Below, piece by piece: positions 55,203 through 64,000 of a stretch of 64,000 nt of DNA. The stretch lies in assembly GCA_000004985.1 (NCBI GenBank), contig GG738899.1; one strand, written 5' to 3'. Every line of letters begins with the position of its first letter. Position 1 is the stretch's first letter. A program made the position numbers and the translations under genes. A model generated the notes under the pieces. The model was not told where the DNA came from. It was given only the letters and a program-made list of their open reading frames with translations, and made no database searches. Source of the DNA: Naegleria gruberi (Eukaryota).

Positions 55203-56499
55203 TTAATAGTTTAAATTCTTCCATTTTTTAAAGGAACTCAACATGTTACACCCCTTTTCTTCAACAGGATTTTCATTAATAAAAATGGAAGTGAGGTTTG
55301 GCATGTTTTCACAAATTATTTTGACACCTGCGTCTGTGATATCATTCCATGATGCATCAAGATAAGTCAAATTTTGCATTCCACTAATCAGTTTGATTCC
55401 TTTATCATCAATGAAGTTCCCAGAAATATCAAGTTGCGTAAGATTATCCATTTGGCTAAATATTTTAGCGGCTTCCCCTAATTCAATATCACGAAATTTG
55501 AGAATTCGTAATTGTTTCATTCCACTAATGCTTATGGCGCCTTCTTCACCTATTTCACGATTATCAGAAATATCCAGATCGGTCAATTGTACCAGCTCAC
55601 TGATTGATTCTACATCAAATGGTGAAAGTCTATTTTCACTAACATCCAATACTGTTAAATTTTTCATTTTGGAAAATAAGTATGATAAATCATCTAGAGA
55701 ATTATTAGAAATGTCAAGATCTGTCAAATTAACCAATTTAGAAAGAAGTTTTGCACCCTTATTGGATAGATTGTTACGGGAAATATTGAGCTTGACTAAA
55801 TTCTGCAATTTAACAATAGGTTGAGTGTCATCACAACCCTTAATACCATTCCAGCTCACATTGAGTTCAGTCAAATTGTCCATTCCGCCAATATCACCAA
55901 AGTATCCCAATCCATGAGTTACAGACAGCTTTCTCACTTGCTTTAGTTTACTAATTTTTGCCATCAGCTCCAAAGGTAAATCAAAACGCCAATGCAAATC
56001 AAGTTCAACTAAATTATTCATCATTTCAAGAGCACAAACAAACTTTGTACAGGCAAAATGCAAGCAACTATCAAATCTAATTTTTTGTATATTTTCCAAA
56101 AACTGACTTTTCATCAATGATTCACTCCATGCCTCATCGATTTTAAAGTATCGAAATGGTCCTCCTCTAATCAACAAATTAAGTTTAGAATATTGTCGAA
56201 CTAAATCAAACCATTGTTTCGATATCTGTGCACAACTTCTCACAATAAACATTGAATCATCAGCAAGATAGGATAAAATTTCCAAACAAACATCATCAGA
56301 AAATATTTCTTTATGATCAGAATATTAGTAATAATATATTGATCAATTCAATTTTCTAATCAATTCTAATCGCAATAATATATAACAAACCTTCGGAAGG
56401 TCTCTTTTCTAATGTACAATAAATAATATTCTCTTCAGTAGATTTTTTCCCCTTTGTAAACAAAAGAGAGAAGACTTCCTCTGGTCTTGCTCGTTTCAT
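55203..56499 (-). CDS. F-box/LRR-repeat protein. Two exons: 56499-~56391 and ~56298-55203.
   Basis: ATG at 56499-56497 (minus): MKRARPEEVFSLLFTKGKKSTEENIIYCTLEKRPSE|GTTTGT...ATAAAG|EIFSDDVCLEILSYLADDSMFIVRSCAQISKQWFDLV (F-box). Then LRRs (LTELNVSWNGIKG, LVKLNISRNNLSNKGAKLLSKLVNLTDLDISNNSL, LTVLDVSENRL, LTQLDISGNFIDDKGIKLISGMQNLTYLDASWNDITDAGV). Confidence 0.7.
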
Positions 56500-56605
56500 C
56501 ACGATCTGTTTTAAATGCTATTTTTTTTTGATCATAAATCTTCCAGTTGTTTGGGGATATTTAGTCTTTCCGCCAAAATAACCCGTTAAAACAAAAAATT
56601 TAAAA

Positions 56606-57901
56606 ATGCCACAACATTCTCCCTTCATCACCTCACATCTGGTTGATCTGCTTCCAAGTTGCAACAATGAAACTTTAACAACAACACTCATGATGGCAAA
56701 GGAGAACAAATTGATAGTACTATACATTGTCGATAAGTATTTGCATTTCCATACTATTTGTGGTAGGACGATCGGAACAAGAAATGATGAGTGTAAGAAA
56801 GCCTTTGAACCGATTTGCCTTGAATCGTCCACAGAACCCATTGATAATTATTATTTTGATAATATAAAGATGGTAGAAGTGAGGGATAAAGTTTATTTAC
56901 TTTCTACCTTCCAGAATCTTGATAAAAACCTCCTTGAGGAGAGAATTGATAGAATTATATTTGATGAAAATAATCAAGTGGTTAAATTGGAATGTATTTA
57001 TCATGTCAAAAATGATTTTATTAGAAATTGTACACCACCTATTGCAGATTCTAAAAGGAATTGTATTTACATTGTTGGAGGCATTAGTGATAGTGGTGCA
57101 AGTCAGTATGCCAAAGATGTCGTAAAGATTAGTTTGGAAACATTCGTATGGGAAGTGATTGGATCAATTAACATTTATCCAGCAATGTATTGCCAATCTT
57201 CTTTACTTTGGAAGGAAAAGTTCATTATTGTGTTTGGTGGTTACAATACGTCATGTAGCGCTACTAGTGATATTCTTGCTTTCAATGTTGATTCAAAGGA
57301 ATGGTCAACTCTGTATTCCTATGATCGTTATGATAGGCCTGAAATATATCCTATTATTTATCTCTTGGTTGAAGCTGGAATGCAACTCGTAACAAACAAA
57401 TGGGCATCTCAATTTGATAAGTCCATTCCAAGTAACACGCAAGAGAATACACTTATTATTTATGGTGGAAATATCGATTGCTTTGTGGAGAAAACTCAAA
57501 TTAACAGACCTACTCACCAAGTTTTTCTATTCCATTTGGACGAATCTGAGTGGAACTCAACAGACATTAGCAAGACGAGAATTCCATTCAATTTGACTGA
57601 CTATTGTACACCTGACGATAGAAAGCTTCCTCCAATACATCAACGGAAGCAAAAGAATCCAGTTACAAACTCAAGAGGAATTCTTTTGGAAGATGGTGAT
57701 GATAATGAAGAGTATAAACTTCTTCCAGCAATGGAAAATGTAACAATGCACAAAATCAACAACACTCAATTGTTGGTTATTGGTAATACTCTCGACTGCT
57801 ATTTGTTATCCCTTAATGAACAATCAATATTCACAAAATTTCATTCAAACAATAAGCTTTCTCAATTATCAGATATTTCAACAATAACACAAACATTCTA
57901 G
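56606..57901 (+). CDS. Kelch-repeat (beta-propeller) protein.
   Basis: Single 431-aa ORF starting at ATG 56606. Kelch-like blades (KVYLLSTF, CIYIVGGISDSGASQYAKDV, FIIVFGGYNTSCSATSDILAFNVDSKEWS, TLIIYGGNIDCF, LLVIGNT). Confidence 0.55.
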   Translation: MPQHSPFITSHLVDLLPSCNNETLTTTLMMAKENKLIVLYIVDKYLHFHTICGRTIGTRNDECKKAFEPICLESSTEPIDNYYFDNIKMVEVRDKVYLLSTFQNLDKNLLEERIDRIIFDENNQVVKLECIYHVKNDFIRNCTPPIADSKRNCIYIVGGISDSGASQYAKDVVKISLETFVWEVIGSINIYPAMYCQSSLLWKEKFIIVFGGYNTSCSATSDILAFNVDSKEWSTLYSYDRYDRPEIYPIIYLLVEAGMQLVTNKWASQFDKSIPSNTQENTLIIYGGNIDCFVEKTQINRPTHQVFLFHLDESEWNSTDISKTRIPFNLTDYCTPDDRKLPPIHQRKQKNPVTNSRGILLEDGDDNEEYKLLPAMENVTMHKINNTQLLVIGNTLDCYLLSLNEQSIFTKFHSNNKLSQLSDISTITQTF

Positions 57902-58087
57902 AATTGAAAAAGTCCATGTACTGACCACGATAATTAATAATATCTGATTTGAGTGTTACTTTACCTCAATTCTTCCTAAATTAACATACCACTACAAGGT
58001 TCACCACTCTCTTTCCTTATTTAACATGCTTTTCCCCGAGATTATCAAAAATCTCAAAACATTAAAAAAATAACTCAAGATAACAAT

Positions 58088-61000
58088 ATGACAGAAAAGT
58101 GTAAAACCTATGAGAGAGATGGTCAATGTAATAACGAAAATTGTACACTGATTCATCAGACGTGTCCAAAATTTAGATCACGAGAAGGATGCTCCGAAGG
58201 TTCTTCCTGTCCATTGATTCACAATAGAAAGGTCTTTCAGAAAGATTGCCCTCGTGGTGAGTCATGTAATCAAGGATTGGCATGTAAATATTTCCATCGG
58301 AGAAGTGTTAATTTCACACAACAACAACAAAAACCTCCACTGCAACAACAACATTCTAATCATCAATTTAGGGAGAGAACCAAAGCAAATGAAAGTTCAT
58401 CAAATTTCAATGAAAAGAGAAAGTTTGAAAGAGATTATGATAGACGATCAAATAGAAAATTGGATCAAGTAGAAATTACCAGTAGCAGTAGTAATAGTAG
58501 TAATAGTACTAATTTCGGAAACGTTGATACAGAGGGAGATTATATTATGAAAGAAAATTCCTCTACATCTTTTAATGTGGAAGAAGAAATTGAAATTGTG
58601 GAGGATGTGAAGAAAATTGATTTGCTTCCGAACTCTACTACTAATAACCTATTTGTGTTGAAGGTGGATAAAAGAGATATTTCCGATGAATCTGCAAAGC
58701 TGCTAGGAGATGAAAAATCCATGATACTAATGGTGGAACAAGTAAATGCAGAGTTTGATAAAAAGAAGGAAGAATTGACAAGAAAATTATTAGATATGGT
58801 TGATGATAGAGAAGAACTTGCCACAGAAGGACCAATTATTAGAAATGAACGTAAACTATTGGAGAAACAACAAGCAAATTTCCAGAGACAAGTTCAGCAA
58901 ATTTTTTCACTCAAAGACCAGTATCCACTCTCTACAATTTTACATGCACTCTATAGAGAATGCTGCCGAGGAATGAAGAGCCTTCCTTTGTATGCATTTA
59001 GATCTGATATTATTGCAAGTTTACAAAATAATAATGTCATTATTTGTATTGGTGAAACAGGCTCTGGTAAATCTACACAAATTCCTCAATACATTCTCGA
59101 GGAAGGATATGGAAGATTTGGTAAAGTAGTGTGTACAGAACCTAGAGCAGTTGCTGCAATGTCTCTTACAAAGAGAATTTCTCAGGAAATGTCCATTAAG
59201 GAAAATAGTCTAGTGAGCCATAATTTATATGGAAAGGTTAATAACTGGTCCGATTTACTATTCATGACTGATAGAAAGTTATTGAATGAATTTCAAAATG
59301 ATGCTCTACTCTCAAAATATTCAGTTATCATTGTCGATGAAGCTCACGAAAGAAATCTATGTTCCGACATTCTAATTTCACTATTGAAGGAATGTGTAAT
59401 CAAGAGAAGTCAATCAACAACTCTAAATCCACTCAAATTAATTATAACTTCAGCAACTATTGATGAAAATCTATTTTCAACATTCTTTAATAATTGTCCA
59501 GTTATTAAAGCTCCTGGAAGAATGTATCCAGTGGATGTTTATTGGACTAAACAAAGAAAAGAAGATTACGAACAAGCAGCTGTTCAAAAAGTGTTAGAGA
59601 TTATTTCAAACAACAAATTGGAAGGTGACATTTTGGTATTTCTAAGCTCACCAGACGAAATTGATAGATGTATTAAGAAATTAGAATTTCACTCAAGGGA
59701 AAACAGAGCTCTTTCTCGCTGTTTGATTCTTCCACTCCATGGAGCACTCACGCCTGAAGAACAAGAAAGAGTATTCGAAAGAGTAAATTCTAGAAGAATA
59801 ATCTTTTCAACACGTATTGCTGAAAACTCTGTCACTATTGATGGTGTGAAAATCATTGTGGACACTGGTGTTTCACGAGAAAAATTCTACGATCAACAGA
59901 GAAACATGTCTATTCTCAAAGTGAATAATATTAGTCAAAGTTCTGCCATTCAGAGAAAGGGAAGAGCTGGTAGAACTTCATCAGGTGTATGTTTCAGATT
60001 ATTTTCCGAACAAGACTTCTCCTCAATGAGTGTAAATCCAACTCCAGAAATTTTGAATTCTAATTTAGGATTGACTTTATTGAGATTATTTTCAGCTGGT
60101 GTGAAAAATGTATTGGAATTTGATCTAATTGAAAAACCTAATCTGGAGGATATGAAGAAATCTCTCAAGAATTTAACCGACTTGCAATTTGTGGATGAGA
60201 AGCAAAACATTACACAAATGGGTAAGCAAGCTTCCAAGATGGAAATTGAACCTTCTCTTGCAAGAATGATAATTGAGGGAATTAATTTAGGAATTGGAGA
60301 TGAAATTATTCAACTAGTGTCCATTATGTCATTCTCCAACATGATCTATGCAAAATCTAAGTCTACAGATTATTTAGAAAAAGATATTATGAAAGTCTCA
60401 ACTTCAAAGGAAGGTGGTGATCTGATAACACTTCTTCACATCTTCCAAGGATTTCTTCAAGCAAAAGATAAGCGAAGATATGCAAAAGATGGAAATTTCA
60501 GTCTGAAAACATTGATCCAAGCAGAAGAAACCATGACAGATATTAGGAAGAGATTGAATTTTGAAAGATCTAGCAATAGTGAATCAAAAACAGTTGAATC
60601 CATTCAAGAAATAATTACCAGATGTGTTTGTTGTAGCATGTTTGATAATTTTGCCTATTTTCATGGCATTATTAATGGAAAGAGAGTTTACAAAATTCTC
60701 TCATCAAATATGGAAGCTTTTATTCATGGTTCATCATTTTCTAATTATTCAAGCGAGCCAATTGACTATGTAATATATGGAGAATTAGTCAAGACGGAGA
60801 AACTATTTATGAAAAATGTAACTCCTATTTCTTTAGAGTCAATCAAACCATTCATTACTTTCAATCAATCTCTAAATGTTGTAAAGAAGAAAGTGATATA
60901 TCCACTCACCAGAGGAATATTCGATTGTTTAAATGCCAATAACGGAGCATTGTTAGAATATTTAAGATTGAATATTGGATCAATTGTTGAAATGGACCCA

Positions 61001-63100
61001 GATAGAAACGAACTCGTTGTATATTTATCTGAAGGAGATCAAGTCGAAACAATCCTCAAATATGTTTATGATACAGCTGTTCAAAGATCAAATAATGAAT
61101 TCCTCGAACATCAAGTTGATTCAAAAGTAAGAGCCCTGATTGGAAGAGGAATGCAAGTTGTCAAATTACTTTTTCCAGGAGAGTTTGTAAAATGCAATAT
61201 TCTTAATATCCCAAATATGGATTATAATCACATGAGGGAAGTATTCGAGATGCATAATCTTCCAATACTCGATTGCAAACTATTCTTTGAATTGCCATCC
61301 AATAGGTATGGGACTGTAATTTTTGATTCTCCACAAACATCCAAGAAAGCTCGTGAATTATTTTCTGATTGTCAAGAGTTTCGTATAACCACAAGTGATT
61401 CAACAATAGTTCCAGAAGAAAAAGAAATGAAAAACTATCCACTCAACATTTATTTCTACTCTGAGCACGATGGTAAATGTTTCATCTATTCAGATAACGC
61501 CAATGCCCTAAACATTATTCAATCTCAGTACCTTTATGGTCAAAAGATGTTCCGTAATATTGAAAAGAAAAACCTAAAAATTGCAAACTTATCCTTCACA
61601 CTTGATGAGCACAGAATTAGAGATTTCATTCCAAGAGAACTTCATAACGATATCAGGATAGTTATGAATAGAGATAGACTTGGTAAGGAACAAGAAAATC
61701 AATTTGTTAAAAAGATGGTCAACACTATTAGACCAATGATGGAACTTTTTGGAGAATTGGAAATGTTTGAGTATGTTCCAACCAAAGACCTTGTAGGACA
61801 GTACAAGATATTGGCCAAGTTTACCAACTTGGAAAGTACAATGACAGCAATGAAAAGTTTAAATGGAGCTAGCGTCGGTGACAAGTTTATTTGGGTGGAA
61901 CCTGAATTTACGGACATCATACCATTCCCACTTGATTTGGACACTGATAATTTATTTAGAGAAGAGTTAAGGAAAATGATGAAGGAAATTTTTTCTGTTT
62001 ATGGATGCAGGTCTGGAATGTTTGAAATGAAGAATGGAAGACAAAAGGCTTTGAAAGTTAGAGCAAATTCAGAAGAAGGACTTACTAGAGCAATGGCTAT
62101 CGCTCACAAATATCTAAAGCCATATGTTCTAAAATTGGGAGTATTCGATTTCTCTATTGCATTCAAGAAAAAGTTTAGAATTCTTGAATTGACCAAAAAC
62201 TTCAAAGCTTATATTGACTTTGATATTAAGAATAATAATGTCAATATTTATCAACTCGGAATTAATCAAATGAAAGATATTGTCACTACTATTCTACAAG
62301 AAATTAGAAATTCCAATAAGGACATTATCAAGTTAACTCAATTGAAACCAATTATTGGAAATCAAGGAAAAGTTTTAAAATCTCTGCAAGAAAAATATGG
62401 AGGAAGAATTGATTTTGATTACAAACAAAAAATTATTTCTATTAACAGTTCAGATCAAGAGGAAATCAATAATTTTAAACAGGAAATTAGAAATATATTA
62501 GAAAGCCACCAAACTACCAACGAAGAAATATCTCCAGAAGACTGTCCAATCTGTTATGGACCAAAAGAGAATCCAGTTCTCTTATCGTGTGGCCATTCAC
62601 TTTGTAGAGATTGTTTTATATGTCAACTTGATCAAATGACATTTAATTGTTGTGAATGTGACAGTTTGCTAACCATTCCAGAAATCAATCTTTCTCAGGA
62701 TTTGAATTTAATTGAAAAACAAGCTCAGTATGCCGTTGAAAAATATCTTGAAAGACATCCAAATGATTTTAAACACTGTTCATCAGCTCATTGTTCTGGA
62801 ATTGTCTGCATTGATCAAAGTCAAGTAGCTCACTGTCAATCCTGTAACAAAACTTATTGTATCAAGTGTAATGAACCTCCACACCCTGGATTGGATTGTT
62901 CTAATGAGGAAGAAGCTCTAATCATTGAGTGGAAGAAGGCCAACACAAAACCATGTCCAAAATGTAAAAATAATATTGAGAAGAATGGAGGATGCAATCA
63001 CATAACTTGCTATTATTGTGGAGCTCACTTTTGTTGGTTGTGTGGATTTTTGGCCAATGGGGCTGTTGGTGTTTATACACATTTACAAACGTGTAGATAA
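58088..63100 (+). CDS. Multidomain protein: N-terminal CCCH-type zinc fingers, DEAH-box RNA helicase core with helicase-associated C-terminal region, then a C-terminal RBR (RING1-IBR-RING2) E3 ubiquitin-ligase module.
   Basis: Single 1670-aa ORF. CCCH fingers CKTYERDGQCNNENCTLIH and CPRGESCNQGLACKYFH (C-x8-C-x5-C-x3-H). Helicase motifs GETGSGKSTQIPQ (I), IIVDEAHER (II), TSATID (III), STRIAENSVTIDGV (V), QRKGRAGR (VI). RBR: RING1 CPICYGPKENPVLLSCGHSLCRDCFICQ, IBR CSSAHCSGIVCIDQSQVAHCQSCNKTYCIKCNEPPHPGLDC, RING2 KPCPKCKNNIEKNGGCNHITCYYCGAHFCWLCG. Confidence 0.8.
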   Translation: MTEKCKTYERDGQCNNENCTLIHQTCPKFRSREGCSEGSSCPLIHNRKVFQKDCPRGESCNQGLACKYFHRRSVNFTQQQQKPPLQQQHSNHQFRERTKANESSSNFNEKRKFERDYDRRSNRKLDQVEITSSSSNSSNSTNFGNVDTEGDYIMKENSSTSFNVEEEIEIVEDVKKIDLLPNSTTNNLFVLKVDKRDISDESAKLLGDEKSMILMVEQVNAEFDKKKEELTRKLLDMVDDREELATEGPIIRNERKLLEKQQANFQRQVQQIFSLKDQYPLSTILHALYRECCRGMKSLPLYAFRSDIIASLQNNNVIICIGETGSGKSTQIPQYILEEGYGRFGKVVCTEPRAVAAMSLTKRISQEMSIKENSLVSHNLYGKVNNWSDLLFMTDRKLLNEFQNDALLSKYSVIIVDEAHERNLCSDILISLLKECVIKRSQSTTLNPLKLIITSATIDENLFSTFFNNCPVIKAPGRMYPVDVYWTKQRKEDYEQAAVQKVLEIISNNKLEGDILVFLSSPDEIDRCIKKLEFHSRENRALSRCLILPLHGALTPEEQERVFERVNSRRIIFSTRIAENSVTIDGVKIIVDTGVSREKFYDQQRNMSILKVNNISQSSAIQRKGRAGRTSSGVCFRLFSEQDFSSMSVNPTPEILNSNLGLTLLRLFSAGVKNVLEFDLIEKPNLEDMKKSLKNLTDLQFVDEKQNITQMGKQASKMEIEPSLARMIIEGINLGIGDEIIQLVSIMSFSNMIYAKSKSTDYLEKDIMKVSTSKEGGDLITLLHIFQGFLQAKDKRRYAKDGNFSLKTLIQAEETMTDIRKRLNFERSSNSESKTVESIQEIITRCVCCSMFDNFAYFHGIINGKRVYKILSSNMEAFIHGSSFSNYSSEPIDYVIYGELVKTEKLFMKNVTPISLESIKPFITFNQSLNVVKKKVIYPLTRGIFDCLNANNGALLEYLRLNIGSIVEMDPDRNELVVYLSEGDQVETILKYVYDTAVQRSNNEFLEHQVDSKVRALIGRGMQVVKLLFPGEFVKCNILNIPNMDYNHMREVFEMHNLPILDCKLFFELPSNRYGTVIFDSPQTSKKARELFSDCQEFRITTSDSTIVPEEKEMKNYPLNIYFYSEHDGKCFIYSDNANALNIIQSQYLYGQKMFRNIEKKNLKIANLSFTLDEHRIRDFIPRELHNDIRIVMNRDRLGKEQENQFVKKMVNTIRPMMELFGELEMFEYVPTKDLVGQYKILAKFTNLESTMTAMKSLNGASVGDKFIWVEPEFTDIIPFPLDLDTDNLFREELRKMMKEIFSVYGCRSGMFEMKNGRQKALKVRANSEEGLTRAMAIAHKYLKPYVLKLGVFDFSIAFKKKFRILELTKNFKAYIDFDIKNNNVNIYQLGINQMKDIVTTILQEIRNSNKDIIKLTQLKPIIGNQGKVLKSLQEKYGGRIDFDYKQKIISINSSDQEEINNFKQEIRNILESHQTTNEEISPEDCPICYGPKENPVLLSCGHSLCRDCFICQLDQMTFNCCECDSLLTIPEINLSQDLNLIEKQAQYAVEKYLERHPNDFKHCSSAHCSGIVCIDQSQVAHCQSCNKTYCIKCNEPPHPGLDCSNEEEALIIEWKKANTKPCPKCKNNIEKNGGCNHITCYYCGAHFCWLCGFLANGAVGVYTHLQTCR

Positions 63101-63154
63101 CCATATTTGCCAAATAGATCAAGTAGTAGAATTGAATAGTACTTAGAATAAAAC

Positions 63155-64000
63155 TTATTGATTGTTTAATAATGGGATGTGAAAAACTAAATCTTTCGAA
63201 TAAGGAATTACAGTGTCCTCCTTCTTGATGATATAACCTAATTGATTGGAGACCAGAACTGTTTTTCCATCTGTAACTCGAGGGTTGTCCAAATATAAAA
63301 AGGAATTTCGGTGAGTGTGTCCAAAACCCCAGAACGAAATATTTGAATGTTGTTTGATTATGTGATCCAAGTTTGTAGCCATACCACTTGCAAGAAACAT
63401 TTCATCTTCAAGAACAGTTCCATTAATGAATGGAGAATGATGTGTAAGAACAGCAATAGTTTCTTCTGGATGTTTTTCACATTCCTTTCTAATATATTCA
63501 ACCAACCTTTCGTGCATTTCAATGGTTTCGGATATTGTTACACATTTCTCAGAGTTGGTTTTAATTCTTCTATAATCATTCATTGAGTATTCGACTTTCG
63601 ATCTTTCTTTCAATGGTACATTTGTCCATAATGTCCCACCAACAAATCTAATTCGTTTCCCACTTTCATTTTCATATACGAAACTACTCTTGTTCAAAAA
63701 CACAAGATTATCCTTCTTTTTACAAATATCCATAATCCTCTGATCAGTTTCCGATATAATATTCCTATAATATTCATGATTTCCAGTAACAATAAACACA
63801 ATCTTGAATTTTTCAGCTTGCTCCATCACGAATTGTTCATATTCCAAACTAAACGGATCACCAATATCACCCAATAACCCTAAAACCTCACCTTTTGCTT
63901 CTATGATATTCGTTTCTCGACTAATTTTTCCATCCTCCTCTGCAACATTACTGATTAAAGCCTTTACTTGAGGAAATTCTAAATGAACATCGGAAGCAAG
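63155..64000 (-). CDS. Calcineurin-like metallophosphoesterase, 5' partial (N-terminus lies beyond the window end).
   Basis: ORF 63155-63874(-) contains IVFIVTGNHEY and GFGHTHRNSF (GNHE/GHxH metallophosphoesterase motifs). The minus-strand frame stays open to position 64000, reading ...LASDVHLEFPQVKAL...GDIGDP (SDxHLE motif), so the CDS continues upstream of the window. Confidence 0.7.
   Translation of the reverse strand, partial: LASDVHLEFPQVKALISNVAEEDGKISRETNIIEAKGEVLGLLGDIGDPFSLEYEQFVMEQAEKFKIVFIVTGNHEYYRNIISETDQRIMDICKKKDNLVFLNKSSFVYENESGKRIRFVGGTLWTNVPLKERSKVEYSMNDYRRIKTNSEKCVTISETIEMHERLVEYIRKECEKHPEETIAVLTHHSPFINGTVLEDEMFLASGMATNLDHIIKQHSNISFWGFGHTHRNSFLYLDNPRVTDGKTVLVSNQLGYIIKKEDTVIPYSKDLVFHIPLLNNQ

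Noticed and set aside
55393-55824. + strand 143-aa ORF inside the F-box/LRR gene region.
   Set aside because: It is the antisense of LRR-coding sequence on the minus strand, where the LRR reading is periodic and motif-rich.
56518-56841. Minus-strand 107-aa ORF across the start of the Kelch gene.
   Set aside because: It overlaps, antisense, the 5' end of the better-supported + strand gene (56606-57901) and has no domain features.
1-64000. Prokaryotic-style accessory systems (CRISPR arrays, restriction-modification, toxin-antitoxin, defence operons).
   Set aside because: The window is eukaryotic: spliced genes with GTAAGT introns, poly(A)-signal-like AATAAA motifs, no Shine-Dalgarno-spaced operons and no direct-repeat/spacer arrays.
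1-64000. Transposable elements (LTRs, TIRs, transposase/RT/integrase ORFs).
   Set aside because: I could see no long terminal or inverted repeats, and no ORF with DDE, reverse-transcriptase or integrase motifs. The ORF-poor stretches (18650-20560, 38940-40030, 51200-51950) look like ordinary AT-rich intergenic sequence.

Overview
This window is eukaryotic nuclear DNA and contains no prokaryotic operons, CRISPR arrays or defence islands. The calls rest on several direct observations: the sequence is AT-rich (roughly two-thirds A+T by eye); introns are short (about 40-115 nt) with GTAAGT/GTATGT donors and AG acceptors that restore the frame between adjacent track ORFs; many proteins carry poly-N/S/T low-complexity tracts; there are three runs of N (51 N at ~32234-32284, 60 N at ~35963-36022, one N at ~38797), so this is a draft assembly. 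The domain repertoire (tyrosine-kinase-like (TKL) receptor kinases, a class III cyclase receptor, many F-box and BTB proteins, tenascin-type EGF repeats) suggests an amoebozoan-like protist, but I cannot name the organism.

I reconstructed about 25 spliced gene models by joining track ORFs across introns; all products are by motif recognition only, with no searches run. In window order they are:
- 1-4099 (+), 5' partial: a receptor TKL kinase with NHL repeats, EGF repeats, a transmembrane segment and a kinase domain.
- 4388-6146 (+): a PLP-dependent threonine/serine dehydratase with an apparent 8-nt micro-exon.
- 6180-6258 (-): an atypical tRNA-like gene.
- 6359-9422 (-): a two-transmembrane receptor class III cyclase with a Cache-like ectodomain.
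- 9733-11895 (-) and 53301-54779 (-): two paralogous RGS-like/START-like proteins.
- 12210-13209 (-), 33431-35380 (+), 41071-42945 (+), 45119-47266 (-, with DUF4116-type repeats) and 55203-56499 (-): five F-box-type proteins.
- 13665-16139 (+) and 36471-38894 (-): BTB-TLDc and BTB-SPRY/PHR-like proteins.
- 16286-18016 (+): a flavin monooxygenase.
- 20560-33218 (+): a giant (>4,500 aa) type II membrane adhesin-like protein with about 28 cadherin/VCBS-like ~100-aa repeats, a VWA domain and at least 22 tenascin-type EGF repeats, interrupted by an assembly gap.
- 35439-36368 (+): a PTH2 peptidyl-tRNA hydrolase spanning a gap, with apparent frameshifts.
- 40030-40853 (+): a sigma-class GST.
- 43209-44070 (+) and 44188-45261 (+): a tandem pair of genes sharing a ~95-aa repeat I do not recognise; the second ends in a SHOCT-like tail.
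- 47460-51172 (-): a second receptor TKL kinase, with a beta-helix/Pmp-repeat ectodomain.
- 51955-53258 (+): an RCC1-repeat protein.
- 56606-57901 (+): a Kelch-type protein.
- 58088-63100 (+): a CCCH zinc finger-DEAH helicase-RBR E3 ligase fusion.
- 63155-64000 (-), partial: a metallophosphoesterase.

The most interesting items are the giant adhesin, the helicase-RBR fusion, the gene pair with the unrecognised repeat and SHOCT-like tail, and the cluster of three receptor-type signalling enzymes with unrelated ectodomains. All coordinates of splice sites are approximate (within a few nt).
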